Shown piece by piece: positions 35,990 to 53,934 of a DNA stretch of 64,000 nt (the stretch's first letter is position 1; each line of letters starts with the position of its first letter). Both the position numbers and the translations under genes were made by a program. A model generated the notes under the pieces. That model was not told where the DNA came from and made no database searches. It saw only the letters and a program-made list of their open reading frames with translations. The stretch comes from the human T2T-CHM13v2.0 reference genome, Homo sapiens, in contig CP086569.2 in assembly GCA_009914755.4 (NCBI GenBank), positions 1,600,001 to 1,664,000 of the forward strand, in the 5' to 3' direction.

Positions 35990-37500
35990 GAGCTGCTTAA
36001 GCTACAATTTTTTTTATTACTTATTTATTTACTTTTGTTTCAGTCATTTTTGGAGAACAGGTGGTTTTAGGTTACATGGATAATTTCTTTAGCAGTGATT
36101 TTTGAGATTTTCATGCACCCATCACTCAAGGAATGTACACTGTACTCAATGTGTAGTCTTTTATCCCTCACTCCCCTCCTACCCTTTCCCCCGAGTCCCC
36201 AAAGTCCGTTGTATAATTCTTATGCCTTTGCATCCTCGTAGCTTAGCTCGCACTTATGACTGAGAACGTTTGATATTTAGTTTTCTTATACCCAAGTTAC
36301 TTCACTTGGAATAATGGCCTCCACTTCCATCCATGTTACTGCAAAATACATTATTTTACTCCATTTTATGGGTGAGTAGTATTCCGTGGTGTATATACAC
36401 CACACTTTCTTTATCCACTCCTTGGTTGATGGGGATTTAGGCTGGTGTCATATTTTTGCAATCGCAAATTGTGCTGCTATCAGTTACCACTAAAGAACTC
36501 ATCCATGTAACCTAAAACCACCTGTCCTCCAAAAACTACTGAAACAAAAGTCAATCAATAAATAATAATAAAAGGCAAGTGCCTTTTTTCATATAATGAC
36601 TTCTTTTCCACTGTGTAGATACTCAGTTCTGAGATTGCTGGATCAAATTGTTGATCTACTTTTAGTTCTTCAAGGAACCTCCATACCTGGATCAAATGGT
36701 AGTTCTATTATTAGTTCTTCAAGGAGTCTCCATACCTGGATCAAATGGTAGTTCTAGTATTAGTTCTTTAAGGAGTCTCCATACCTGAATCCAATGGTAG
36801 TTCTACTATTAGTTCTTTAAGGAGTCTCCATACCTGGATCAAATGGTAGTTCTATTATTAGTTCTTTCAGGAATCTCCATACCTGGATCAAATGGTAGTT
36901 CTAGTTTTAGTTCTTCAAGGAGTCTCCATACCTGGATCAAATGGTGGTTCTATTATTAATTCTTCAAGGAATCTCCATACCTGGATCAAATGGTGGTTCT
37001 ATTATTAGTTCTTTAAGGAGTCTCCATACCGGGAACAAATGGTAGTTCTAGTATTAGTTCTTTAAGGAATCTCCGCAGTGGTTTCCATAGTGGTTAAACT
37101 AGTTTACATTCCCACCAGCAGTGTAAAAGTGTTCCCTTTTCACCACATCCACACCAACATCTGTTATTCTTTGATTTTTGAATTATGGCCATTCTTGCAG
37201 GAGTAAGATGGTATCTCACTGTGGTTTTAATTTTCATTTCCCTGATCATTAGTGATGTTGAGCATTTTTTCATATGCTCATTGGACATTCATATATCTAC
37301 TTTTGAGAATTGTCTATTCATGCCCTTTGCCTATGTTTTGATGGGATTGTTTGTTTTTTTTTCCTGCTGATTTGTTTGAGTTCCTTGTAGATTCTGGATG
37401 TTAGTCCTTCGTCGGATTCATAGTTGGGCAAATTTTTCTCCCATTCTGTGAGTTGTGTGTTTACTCTGCTGATTCTTTGTTTTGCTGTACAGAATAAGCT
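35990..37500 (-). mobile_element. Rearranged old L1 (antisense): 3'-end segment 35990-36490, inverted duplicate of its first ~75 bp at 36500-36580, internal 49-bp tandem array 36640-37080, ORF2-antisense segment 37085-37500
   Basis: ttgtttcagtcatttttggagaacaggtggttttaggttacatggat (36025-36072) has its reverse complement at 36505-36575. The body matches the L1 antisense (attccgtggtgtatatacaccacactttctttatccac; tttacattcccaccagcagtgtaaaagtgttcc). Confidence 0.7.
36640..37080. repeat. 49-bp tandem repeat x ~9, derived from L1 ORF2-antisense sequence
   Basis: The unit cctggatcaaatggtagttctattattagttcttcaaggagtctccata derives from L1 'ctgggtcaaatggtatttctagttctagatccttgaggaatcgccac'. Confidence 0.88.
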
Positions 37501-38161
37501 ACAATTTTAAGGAAGAGGATTTGTGGCAACTTACGTAGCTCAGTAAAGAGAGTGAGTAGGACCTCAAAGCATTCTTTAAAGGAGAGAGAGGACATGATCC
37601 AACTTAGACAAAGAGAATGTTCTGGCCACAGAGGCAATTTGGCCAGAAACTAGATAACAGGATGTCAAACTAGATAACAAGGAAGTCTACCTTAATTCAA
37701 TGGCACAAGAGCTTGAAATCATCAAAGAGTCTTTCTGAATACTACGCTAAAGCAATTGCTTTTAATGAATATATTCAGACTTGCCAAGGCTGAGACCTCA
37801 AATACTATCTTGAGGTCTTTAACAGCTATCTGATGCTGTCAATGATTTTGTATATAAAAAGACCTTGGAACAGGAGGTTGCCATTTAGTGAACAGGGTTG
37901 GCAGTATACCTTCCCGCCTGCTTTGCATAGTGACTCATTGTCTACTCAACGAGGATTCTTAATAATCATGTCATTGGTGACACATAGGCAGTCAGTGGAT
38001 TTTTTTTTTTAATGACAAGTGGAAAAATGTTAAAAGCCAGCTTTGATTAAAATGTGAGTTAAGCTGGAAAGCTCAGTGAAATCCATCCATGGCTGTATAT
38101 TAAGAACTGTAACCTGCCACTGTGTGTAACACCCGTTATATAAACTCATGTAAAGATTTCA

Positions 38162-38495
<334 letters not shown>

Positions 38496-39137
38496 CTACC
38501 AAGTATGTCTCCGCTGGCAATCCTTGAGAATCAATAGAAGTTATTCCAAAATATAAGCTGGTATAGTGATAAACCTGGTGAAAAGCACCGTGTTTTATAA
38601 TGCAATGTCTAAGCCCACAGTGGCGCCTGTGTCATGGATGGAAACAATTTCCAAGTATGGCAGTGTGGGCTGCAGCTGTTCCACAGAAGATCGTAAAGTA
38701 TATGGAATGGTAAATGCATGGCACGTTTTGTAAAATAATTAAATGAAGCCCAATGCTGCCATCCCTCAGGTCATATTTACATAGATGATTGAGCTGTCTG
38801 ATTCACTGAGGGTTCTCTCTGTGTGTCTCTTTGGTGAAGCAATTTATTCTGCTTTTACAGATTAGATATTTTCTAAGTGACGAAATACAAGTCTTCCAGT
38901 GGCACAATATAAAATCGTATTAAAGAGCATTAAAGCATATAAGCTAACAGCATGCATACTTATCTACAAACTGGTTTCTAAAAATGGAGAAGCATTTTTT
39001 GCTTTCAGATGGAGATTGTGTACTCAGATCTCGAATTCTGTTTCCTTAAAAAATGGTTTAATGAACCCTAATGCATCTACCACTCAGGTTTTAACGATTA
39101 CAAACAGTTATCAATGTGTTTTATTTTTCCATTTTAA

Positions 39138-39526
<389 letters not shown>

Positions 39527-39880
39527 CAACAATACTTTTATCTACTCATCAGTATGTGTTCAAATTTCCCTCAGTCTTAGAAATGACTTTCTGTGGTTGG
39601 TTTCTTTAAATAAAAATGGAAAGAAACTCCACACACTTTAGATGGCTGATTTGTCTCATAAAAGTTTTTTGATTTGTAATAATTCACCATCTTCCCTTTA
39701 TTTTGTCCTGATTATATAGTCCATATCCCTTGTGACTTTCACCATAGAAGGACTTTATCCCTGTCTTCAAAAGCCATAAAAATAGTCCCCGTTGCTAACT
39801 AACAACATTGATGCTTTTGTGACCTAGGAAAGCTTCTAAGTGTAGCTTTGATCTCCTTTGTTGAGACAGAAATGGGCTGA

Positions 39881-40339
<459 letters not shown>

Positions 40340-41065
40340 TGACTACAGTTTCTGTACATTGGACCAATTTGGCACATTTCTTTATATAGGACAATCCATG
40401 TCCATTTACCTGTGTTCTGTGAGACAGAGGAAGCCTGGACTTCTGCTATCCTGCCCTTGCTGGGAATGAGCAGGGTTGTACCTGCACTCATCATGGAATA
40501 AGCACTAAAGAAACAAAGCTACAACAGAAGATGTCCTCTACTGCAGGGCACCTTACATTCCAATCCTCCAATATGGCAGCGAGTCAAAATCTCAAAAGAC
40601 CTGAGTGCCTTCTGCGTAAGTCCCCGTAGGCTTCTAGTATTCATTTTACAAGTATACTGATGCTCTCAGTTGATGCTGAGGGGGTGGCTGTTCATGAAGA
40701 TGATGGAATTGGCTTTGGCAGAGGTCTCTCTTTGACCATCTAGAGGCACTGTTGCTTATCTATCAGGAAACGGAGGGAGGCACTGGGAATTTGAACTCGA
40801 GCTCTGGAGTTCTTCCATGCAGCTGTGTTTACGTATCATCAAGCACCGATTCATTGCCCGTTGGGACAGAGGAGAATCAGGCCTGGTCTGGCATCATTGC
40901 CGGGTGGGTGTGAAATGCCACTTCTACCGAGACCAACTGGAAATGAAAGATCGTCAACAGTCAAAAAGGTCACTGCATAAATGCCTGTGAAGTCCAAGTA
41001 ACTGTCAGAGACAGAATACGCTTTGCAGCGGAGAGTTTTCCAGGAAAGAAAAATGGTCTCTGTGA

Positions 41066-41800
<735 letters not shown>

Positions 41801-41939
41801 TGTTTAATTCCGCCAACTTGAGCAAAGAGGCATAATGGTTATTGCCTCTCTGGGTTCACTAAACACATAAACATGCCCACACTAATAATTCACGTCGACC
41901 GCAGTACTCTCTGCTTTTCCTGAATAGCATATTGTGTTG

Positions 41940-42040
41940 AACAGGTTATACGACCTTGGGTAGAGACTTAGCTCTCTTTAAGCCTCCATTTCTCATCTGT
42001 AAAATGAGAATGAAAGATGGTTTCTCCGTATTTATGGAAG
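41940..42040. mobile_element. Possible MIR fragment
   Basis: agctctctttaagcctccatttctcatctgtaaaatgagaatgaaaga resembles the MIR core (gcctcagtttcctcatctgtaaaatgggg). Weak. Confidence 0.3.
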
Positions 42041-42353
42041 GGTTCCAACAAGGTAAAGTGTGTAGCGTACTTTGTCAATTCTAAAGCACTCTTCTGATAT
42101 AAATTATAGCATCCCCGGATTCATTGTTTGAGTTGGTTTCTTTTTTAAAATTAATTTCTGTTGTATGTATTTAAGGTGTGCAACATGATTTTTTGATATA
42201 GTGACATAGTGAAATGATTATAATTGTTAAGAAAATGAACACAGCTATCATCTCACATATTTACCTTTTTTGCGACAAGAGCACCTTAAATCTACTCTCT
42301 TAACAAAAATCCTAAATATGAAATGTATTATAGTCCTTATATTTTGCATTTGA

Positions 42354-42680
<327 letters not shown>

Positions 42681-43474
42681 TAGATTCTTTATATAAGTGA
42701 GATCCAATACTTTTAACTGAATGTGAACATTTCTTTTACAAAATAAAATGTATGTTCAGGCTTTTACTTAATCCATGCTAGTAAGAGCCTGGTTCAAAAA
42801 TGAGCTGCAGGTTTTTTCAAAGAGAATCACAATCATTTCTGTGGAATAGGTGAAGTGAAAGACATTTTTAGAAAGTTTGCATCTTTTTGCAGAGACTTTT
42901 AATGAAGGGGTTTATGTTTTCCGCTCTGTTCGTTTACTGAAAGCAAAAGAAGAAAAGTGAGGAAGGGATTATACAAAGAAAGTGACTGAAAAATTCTGAA
43001 AATATCTGTTTTCATAAGATAAGAGCTTTATTCTAGTTCTGAACATATAATCATAGTCATCATTGTCCTTATTTAAATAAAAACAGCTAGCTGGGCAACT
43101 TAGTCTCATTGAAATTCCTGAGATCTTCATTCTTTCTTGGTATTTGGCTGAAAAAAGAATAAGTTTATCTCATTCTTTTCCCAAAGTATAGCACAAGGTT
43201 GAGAGCCTGGACTCGTGGCATGCATACCTAATGAGACCGTTGTATTACTTGGGGTGAAACTCCTTCCATTTGACTTGATGTAGTTATTTTCTTTTTCTTG
43301 CAAGGGAAGCAAACTTTGGGTTCTACCTGGGTCTTCCTTAAGCATCAGGTGTGTTTCAAATGGATAGATTTAATAATAATTGATCCACTAATAATTGATC
43401 CACTGGGCAATGATTTTTTAAATGTTTGTTTTCAAATTTAAAACAATGCCTCAAGTTTAGAAATGCCTCTCCTC

Positions 43475-43831
<357 letters not shown>

Positions 43832-44210
43832 TCAAGGCTGAGTTCTGGGTTGGCAGGACAGTCTTGAATGAGGATCTGAATGTAGGAGTATTCCTGCAAT
43901 TAGTCTTCGTTGCCACTAGGAGGTGGTGTGTAGCGGGGTGTCCTTTTGAGTTGACTTGCCAAGAAGACCAGGTGTAGGGTTAAGCATGATTTTCCAAATG
44001 GAAGCTTCAGGAAAGCTTCAAAAGATACCTTATGCACTGTAATGCACAGCATTTGATATTAAAACAATACATAGCATCTTAAACAATACATAGCAAGTGA
44101 AGTTTCTCTCAGGCTTCCCTCACAAAGAGCAAGCCTTGCTTATGGTGTCCTTGTTCTGTCCTATACCTTATCTCAGGCACTGTGAGCTGGGAATTAAAAT
44201 TTTCTTTCCT

Positions 44211-44500
44211 TTTTTTTTTTGAGACAGAGTCTCGCTCTGCTGCCCAGGGTGGAGTGCAATGATGCAAACTTGGCTCACTGCAACCTTTGCCTCCTGGGTT
44301 CAAGCAATCATCCTGCCTCAGCCTCCTAAGTAGCTGGGATTACAGGCGCCCGTCACCACACCATGCTCATTTTGTATTTTAGTAGAGATGTTGGTTTCAC
44401 CATGTTGGTCTGGCTGGTCTCAAACTCCTGATCTCAGGTGATCCACCTACCTCCACCTCCCAAAGTGCTGGGATTACAGGTGTGAGCCACCACACCCAGC
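44211..44500 (-). mobile_element. Alu (antisense)
   Basis: (T)11 gagacagagtctcgctctgctgcccagggtggagtgcaatgatgcaaacttggctcactgcaacc... Confidence 0.9.
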
Positions 44501-44559
44501 TATCTTTACATTTTAATTATGGCAAAATACATATAACATAACATTTACTACTAGTGACA

Positions 44560-44670
44560 TTCAGAACATTCCCCATGCTGTATAGCCATTACCTCCATCT
44601 CCTTCCAGAACATTCAACATTCCCCATGCTGTATAGCCATTACCTCCATCTCCTTCCAGAACATTCTAAT
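44560..44670. repeat. ~57-bp tandem duplication x2
   Basis: cattccccatgctgtatagccattacctccatctccttccagaacattc occurs twice in tandem. Confidence 0.8.
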
Positions 44671-44789
44671 CACCCTAAATGGAGACCTTGTACCTATTAA
44701 GCCCTCACTCCTCCTTTTCCCAACCCATGCAAACCCCTAATCTACTTTCTATCTCTAGGGATTCATTCCTTCTAGACATTTCACATAAA

Positions 44790-45033
44790 TGGAATAACCC
44801 AAGGTGTGGCTTATTTATATCTGGCTTCATTTACTGAACATAATGTTCTCAAAGTACACTCACATAGCAGCGTGTGTCAGGATTTCATTGTGTTTGATGG
44901 CTGTTTCATATTCCACCATATGGATAGACGCCATTTTGTTTCTCCATTCACCTATGGGTGAACATTTGGGTTGTATTTACCCGTTGGTGATTGGGAAGAA
45001 TGCTGCTATGAATAATTGGATACGTATTTTTGT
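44790..45033 (-). mobile_element. Ancient L1 (L1M-like) fragment
   Basis: ctggcttcatttactgaacataatgttctcaaagt...attccaccatatggatagacgccattttgtttctccattcacctatgggtgaacatttgggttgt...gctgctatgaataattgg has the L1 antisense 3'-region pattern. Confidence 0.55.
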
Positions 45034-45385
45034 TTGAACATTTGTGCTATGCTCTGAAGGTTTCTGTGTCCCCAAAGTTCATATGAGGAAAGCTAATACT
45101 CAAGGTGATAGTATTAAGAGGTGGAACCCTTGGAAAGTGATGAGGTCAAGAGAATGGAAGCTCCATGGATGGGATGAGTGCTCTTATCAAAAGAACCCCA
45201 GAGAGCTCCTTTTTTTCCTTCTACCATGCAAGGACACAGAAAGAAGGTGCCATCTACGAACCAGGAACTGGGTTCTTACCAGACACTGAATCTTCTATGT
45301 CTTGATTTTGGACATCCAACTTCCAGAACTGTGAGCAATAAACATCTGGTGTTCAAAAGCCACCCAGTCTAAAGTATTTTGTTAC
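45033..45385 (+). mobile_element. MaLR-type LTR
   Basis: tgctatgctctgaaggtttctgtgtccccaaagttcatatgagg...ccaacttccagaactgtgagcaataaacatctggtgttcaaaagccacccagtctaaagtattttgttacagcaac. Confidence 0.55.
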
Positions 45386-46299
45386 AGCAACATACAAAAA
45401 GACAGTGGCCCCCAAAATCTCCTCTCATCACAAGGAGCCCCCTTCACTTCACCCACAAAGGAGGCAAGATTTGAGGTCATCAGGCTCCCAACCAAGGGAC
45501 TGGGTGTTCTGATCTATGTTTTAACTTTTCAATCAAGTACATCACTTCCAGCTGGGACTCTGGGTCTAGCACAGGGAGAAATAAAGTGTGAACCATCATT
45601 ACAAGCTCAGGGAGGGAGGGAGAAAGTGCAAATCGAAGAGCTGGAAAATCATCGAGCCAGCCCAACTGTTGGGAGATTGGGGATTCTTTGTGCACGGAGC
45701 AGAAACAATCTCCTGCACGGGGTGGCGGCTTGGGCCAGGACTTCTCGGCATTGAGGAGTTACAGAGCTGTTTTGTAGCTAAACCGACTTTCATTCCAAGC
45801 ACTTCTACAGAGAACGAAATCAAACAGCGGTGATGATGGGATCCCCAGGCCCGGCCAGTGATCTGCTTAATTACTGACCAGGGAAGCTTCAGTAGCTTAA
45901 TTGGATTGATGGGCACAGTGCCTAGTCCTCCACCCACTGGTCCCAGAGATTTTTATGGATAGCATGCTGATCTTCCATGCCCTGAGGCTTGGGGTCCTGT
46001 GTCCAGCATTCCCCACCAACTGGGCAGATGCTGCTGGATTTATGTCAACAGCGAGTTCTGCAGGCACACCTCTAAAACACAGTCTCATAGTGTCTTCTGT
46101 TTTCAGGAACAAATACAAATTTTCTTCTCACATAAGTTATATCATGAACATGAGCATTTAACAAGGGACGGTGTGTGTGTGCGAGCACGTACATGTTGTA
46201 TGTTGTGTGTTTTGTGTGTGTATGAGAGAGACACCACAGACACACTAGCCCCATGAAAGGCCAGGGCAGTGAGGCCTGGACCATGGTCTGCTAAGGACC

Positions 46300-47075
46300 T
46301 GGTGTGGCACACTGATGGTTATCACAAGTGGCCTGGGAGGTGTTCTGTTGGCCCCAGGGGTTCACTGACCATCATCACAGGTGGCCTGTGATGTGTTGAC
46401 TTGGTGGGGCCCACTGACCACCATTGCTGGTGGCCTTAGAGGTGATCTGTTGACCCCAGGGGCTCACTGGTGACCACTGCCGGTAGCCTGGGAGGTGGTC
46501 TGTTGACCTTGGGGACTCATTGATGACCATTACAGGTGGCCTGGGAGATGGTCTGTTGACCCTGGGGAGTCACTGATGACCATTTCAAGTGGTCTGTTGA
46601 CCTTGGGGGCTCACTGACGGCCATTGCAGGTTGTCTGGGAGGTGGTGTGTTGACCTTGTGGGCTCACTGATGGCCATTGCTGGTGGCCTTGGCGATGATG
46701 GTCTGTTGACCCCAGGGGCTCACTGGTGACCACTGCAGGTGGGCTGGGAAGTGGTCTGTTGACCTGGGGACTCACTGACCACCATTGCTGGTGGCCTTGG
46801 AGATGGTTTGTTGACCTTGGGGACTCACCACCATTGCAGGTGACTTGGAGATGGTTTGTTGACCTTGGGGACTCACTGACCACCACTGCAGGTGACTTGG
46901 GAGATGGTTTGTTGACCCTGGGGACTCACTGGTGACCATTACAGGTGGGCTGGGAAGTGGTCTCTTGACCTGGGGACTCACTGACCACCACTGTTGGTGG
47001 CCTTGGAGATGGTTTGTTGACCCCAGGGGCTCACTGATGACCATTGCAGGTGGCCTGGGGGATGGCCTATTGACT
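46300..47075. repeat. Minisatellite, ~60-63-bp unit x ~13
   Basis: The unit gtctgttgacc..ggggactcactgaccaccattgcaggtggcctgggagatg is repeated with variants. The minus- and plus-strand 'ORFs' across it are artefacts. Confidence 0.9.
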
Positions 47076-47912
47076 GGGCACATCCTACTGATTCACTGCA
47101 GAAGGCGGGCAATTTGCTGAGCACCTAGAAGGGCCTGACTATCAGTGCCAGGGTTAGTGGGTCCAACCTCAAGGTCCTGCACCTAGAGGACCTAACACAG
47201 ACAATGTTCTGCTGGCTGCTGAACACTTGGACCTAACCCTGACCATCTTCTGCACATTGCCCAGGACTAGTTGGCCCCACTTCTTCTCTTCTCAGAGCCC
47301 ACGATAGGCCCTGTGGTCACTCCCTCTGCAGAGGTGGAACTGAAATTCCCTCAGGTCACATTCCTGGTTATGCAGGAAGCTGAGAATGAGACAGGAATTC
47401 CAAACCCAGGTCAGTGGCCTAAATATGGTCCTGTGGGTCTGACCACAGGCAGTTACAAGGCTGGAACCCAGGGGAAAGCTGCCTTCCCACATCGCGCTGG
47501 GTGCACACCTGGAGCATTACACAGCTTGGGGGGATGAAGGGTAAGACCTCAGGCCCCTGGGCAGCCATGCTCTTATGAGTATGTATATCCTGGAGCAGGT
47601 CCTGCCACTTCAGGCCTCCTTACTAGTGGTGGAAGAGGCAGGTGCCTGAGCCCCTCTTCCCCATTCTGACTTGTACCTTTTGACTCCTAGCCCTTTCCAC
47701 TCTCCCTCCCCAGACCTCCTAGTTCAGGACATGCCTGAACACCTCCGGTAACCTTCCCATGTGTAGTTTCCAGTATACCAAGAGGAGCTTGTGCGGTGGT
47801 TGAGCTTTAAGCAGCAGAAAGTTTCTCAGCAATTTGCCTCGTATATATTGGTATTGGTGTGCTCCAGGGAGACAGAACCAATTGTATCATTTCACGATAA
47901 GAAGAGGTTCTA

Positions 47913-48234
<322 letters not shown>

Positions 48235-48245
48235 AGGTTCTAAGC

Positions 48246-48935
<690 letters not shown>

Positions 48936-49360
48936 AGACAGCATCTGAAGGACTTCAGGCTAAACCTACCTGGTGGAAGAAACTATTCTCTTAACTCTCA
49001 TTTCCAAATGAGAAGTATATTTAAGATGGGTGTACTTCCCTCACGGTGAAATGGTTTTCAACTTCTCAGGGAGAGAAGTCTTATTTCCTCTTTGCCTTTC
49101 TCCCCCCATTTTCCCTTTCTTTCCTCTTCCACATAGAGCATTTTAGATGCGTCCAGGGGGCCATGGTCTGTCACTCACTCACTTCTCTTTAGCTTACAGA
49201 AAGACAACATGCTATGAAAAAGAAAGAAAAAATCTCTCTTCTCAGTTTCTGATGTTTGCTTATCTGTTATTCTTGTAGATGTATATTGCCAGATTAGTAT
49301 ATGTCAATGTGTTATGGAAATTTTAACAGATATAAAAAGTATAAACAATAGTGAATTTCA

Positions 49361-49670
<310 letters not shown>

Positions 49671-49687
49671 CAGAATAGTGAGTTTCA

Positions 49688-49830
49688 GCCAGGTGTGGTG
49701 GCTCATGCCTATGATTCCAGCACTTTGGGAGGCCGGAGAATTACTTGAGCCCAGGAGGTCGAGGCTGCAGTGAGCCAAGATCACGTCAAGGCACTCCAGC
49801 CTGGGTGATGGAGCGACGTTCTGTCTCGAA
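49688..49830 (+). mobile_element. Alu with an internal deletion, starting right after the previous Alu's 3' TSD
   Basis: ccaggtgtggtggctcatgcctatgattccagcactttgggaggccggagaattacttgagcccaggaggtcgaggctgcagtgagccaagatcacgtcaaggcactccagcctgggtgatggagcgacgttctgtctcgaa. Confidence 0.85.
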
Positions 49831-50469
49831 TTTTTAAAACAAGAAGGGTGAGTTTAAAAGCTTGTGTACCTGCGCAGAACTTCAAGAAAATATTGCAATG
49901 TTATCTTCTTCACTTTCAGCCAGAAACTTAGCCAGGTGTGGTGGCAGGTGCCACCTGGAGATCTGGATGGGGGTCGTATGAGAACATCACGTTCTTTTTC
50001 TGAGCCTCTGGTATCCAGCCTAGCCTGTAGGCATTGCTTCCTCCGATGGGCAGTTTGTGCCTTTGGAAATCACCCTTCTACCTCCCATACCCCCATCCCA
50101 ATATCTCTGTGTGCTTGGCACATAGGAGGTGGGACATTTGGTAGAGAAAATACGTGCTGAAGCAAATGGAGTGAAATTGGGGAATCTGATAGAAGCAAAT
50201 GGAGTCAAATCTGGGAATTTGATAAGCCTCCCATTCACACTGGGGATACTGGGACCAGATCCAAAGCCAGCAGCATTGAAACAGCGGTTGAAGCAGCGTT
50301 CAAACAGTATTGAAACAGATTTGTGGACACCGCAGTCGTGCATGCATTCCTCATGAGGAAAGGCTGTCACTCTTTAAATTTCTCCCTGACTTGGGTGTCT
50401 GCAAATATCCATGAGTCTTATTCTCTACGTGGACACACAGATGTCCACTCGGATACCTCAGCCGTAGAA

Positions 50470-51760
<1,291 letters not shown>

Positions 51761-52439
51761 GGGACCCTCTGGGCAGAATCACCTCCATCCCACCTGGGTT
51801 TCCACTTTAAACCCCCCAGTGGGGATTTTCCCATTCTGGAGACCTGGATGGGGTCCTCTGAGAACATCAGGCTCTTTTTCTGAGCCTTTGATCTCCAGCC
51901 TAGCCTGAATCAGGCTGGATGTCAGAGGTGCATCCTCCTTAGAATGAAGGAAGAAGGGACTTGGTAGTGTTCTATGTACACACGGCAGGGTGATGCTTTG
52001 GGGTGTTTGTAAACGAGGTTTCTCCCTCTCATTCAGTTGCTCATCTTCCCTTTCACCCACTGCCCTGCCAACTAATTTGAGTAGCCTGATGGTGCTTGCT
52101 TCATCTCGCCAGGGGAGGGATGGGTTAGACCAGAGAGATGGAGAAAAACCAGCCTCTCCCTCGCTTGACTTCAAGGTCTGTTTTCAAGAGGGAGGCGCGC
52201 GTGGGTTTGGGTTAGACCTAAAGTGGTTGATGCTTAGAGGGAGGGATTTCTTTGCTCTCAGACTAGGGGGCAGAGATGAGGTAGCGAGGATGGAATATAG
52301 AGGTGATTGAAGGTATCTGGAAAGATATGCGTGGGCAATATGCAAATATTACACCATTTTATATAAGGGACATCCATGAATTTTACTAGCATCTGCTGAG
52401 TGTCCTGACATCAATCCTCCACAGATAACAAGGGATGAC

Positions 52440-53101
52440 TGTATATAGATGACTTAGAGATACAGAAAGATATATAGAGAGATAGGGCGATACAGAGATG
52501 AAAGATTGATTGATGATAGATACCTGGATGGATAGATAGGAGATAGATAAATACATAGATACATAGATAGACGACAGATAGATACATAGATAGATAGATA
52601 CATACATAGATAGATGATAGAAAGATAGATGATAGATGGTAGATAGATAGATAATAGATAGATAAGTAAATAGATAGTAGACAGAAGATAGACAGTAGAC
52701 AAGTAGCTGGTAGGTACATAGTAGAAAAGTGGTAGATAGATAGATAGAAGACAAGTCGCTGGTAGGTAAGTAGACAGACAGTAGACAGGTAGCTGTGTAG
52801 ACAGATGATAGATAGATAGATAAGATAGATAGAAACATAGATGATAGGAGACAGGTACATAGATATCTGGATGAATAGATAGGAGATAGATGACAGATAG
52901 ATAGATAGATGATAGATGGTAGATAGATAGATAATAGATAAGTAAATAGGTAGATAGTAAACAGAGATAGAAGATAGATAGTAGACAAGTAGCTGGTAGG
53001 TAGATAGGTAGATAGAAAAGTAACTGGTAGATAGATAGAAGACAAGTAGCTGGTAGGTAGGTAGATAGAAAGACAGTAGACAGGTAGCTGTGTAGACAGA
53101 T

Positions 53102-53147
<46 letters not shown>

Positions 53148-53275
53148 CAAAGATAGATAGTAGATAGATAGTAGATAGAAAGATAGATAGATGGATAGTA
53201 GATAGATAGATAGAGATAGATGATAGATAGGAGACAGGTACATAGATTGATGTCGTGTTGATTGACAGATGATAG
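52440..53275 (+). repeat. (GATA)n-rich compound repeat (~830 bp) with a ~280-bp higher-order unit
   Basis: gatagatagatagatag... runs are interleaved with agtagacaagtagctggtaggta.atag..agaaaagt..tggtagatagatagaagacaagt.gctggtaggta.gtaga.aga.agtagacaggtagctgtgtagacagatgatagatagatagata, repeated at ~52700 and ~52980. Confidence 0.9.
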
Positions 53276-53934
53276 AGCCATATACACTGAGGTGTGTACA
53301 CACACATGTATAAACGCACATTGGATATACAGATGTATATATAGAGAGAGAACCATATGCACAGAGTCATGTACTCATATGCCCCCCACTGCTGTGTCAC
53401 TGCGTACATTTTCAGAAATCCACCTATTTCTGAGTCGAGGAAGAACCTGCTCTCCCAGGGGTAAAGGGGTGTGCCGCTCCAGGATGACATGCCACCCTGG
53501 TGTTGACTCTTTCAGCCCCACACACAAACCCCACCCGCTGGGTCAGGGTTTACACCCTCTTCAGTGAATGTCCTGGATTTCCTGGAGAGGCTCAGCCAGG
53601 CAGGAGGGGACCAGGAGAGGCGCTGGCCATTCCTCCAGTTTGGTCACCAAGAGGTGGGTGGTTTCAGCCTGAAAGATGCACCTGCAGGACCTGTGGGTTG
53701 AGTAGATGGTGTCACCTGAGGGGCAGGGGATGACCAGCGTCCCTGGGTGGAGAGGGCTGCGTGGACAGTGCACTCATCCCACCTTGCTGCCCCTCAGTCG
53801 CCTGGCCACAGAGACTCCGGGTCCACCACATTGAACCCCCACTGCCACGATGCCCTTCACCCTTGACGTGAAAGTCCCTTCCTCACCTGAGCCCGCCAAC
53901 GTCTCTCCATCCTCACTTCCTCATCTCTGCCCCC

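Noticed and set aside
46611-47083. Proline/serine-rich repetitive ORFs on the minus strand
   Set aside because: They coincide with the ~60-bp minisatellite. The repetitive peptide is a periodicity artefact with no start or splice evidence.
47271-47537. 88-aa ORF in non-repeat sequence (MAPLLLFSEPTIGPVVTPSAEVELKF...)
   Set aside because: It has no recognisable domain or similarity that I can recall, and is of a length expected by chance in 64 kb. It could only be supported by transcript or conservation data I cannot access.
52386-53490. Three overlapping 302-359-aa minus-strand ORFs (the longest in the track)
   Set aside because: They lie entirely inside the GATA-family compound repeat. TATC/ATCT periodicity removes stop codons, and the peptides are pure Y/L/S/I low-complexity. 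There is no start context and no conservation logic.
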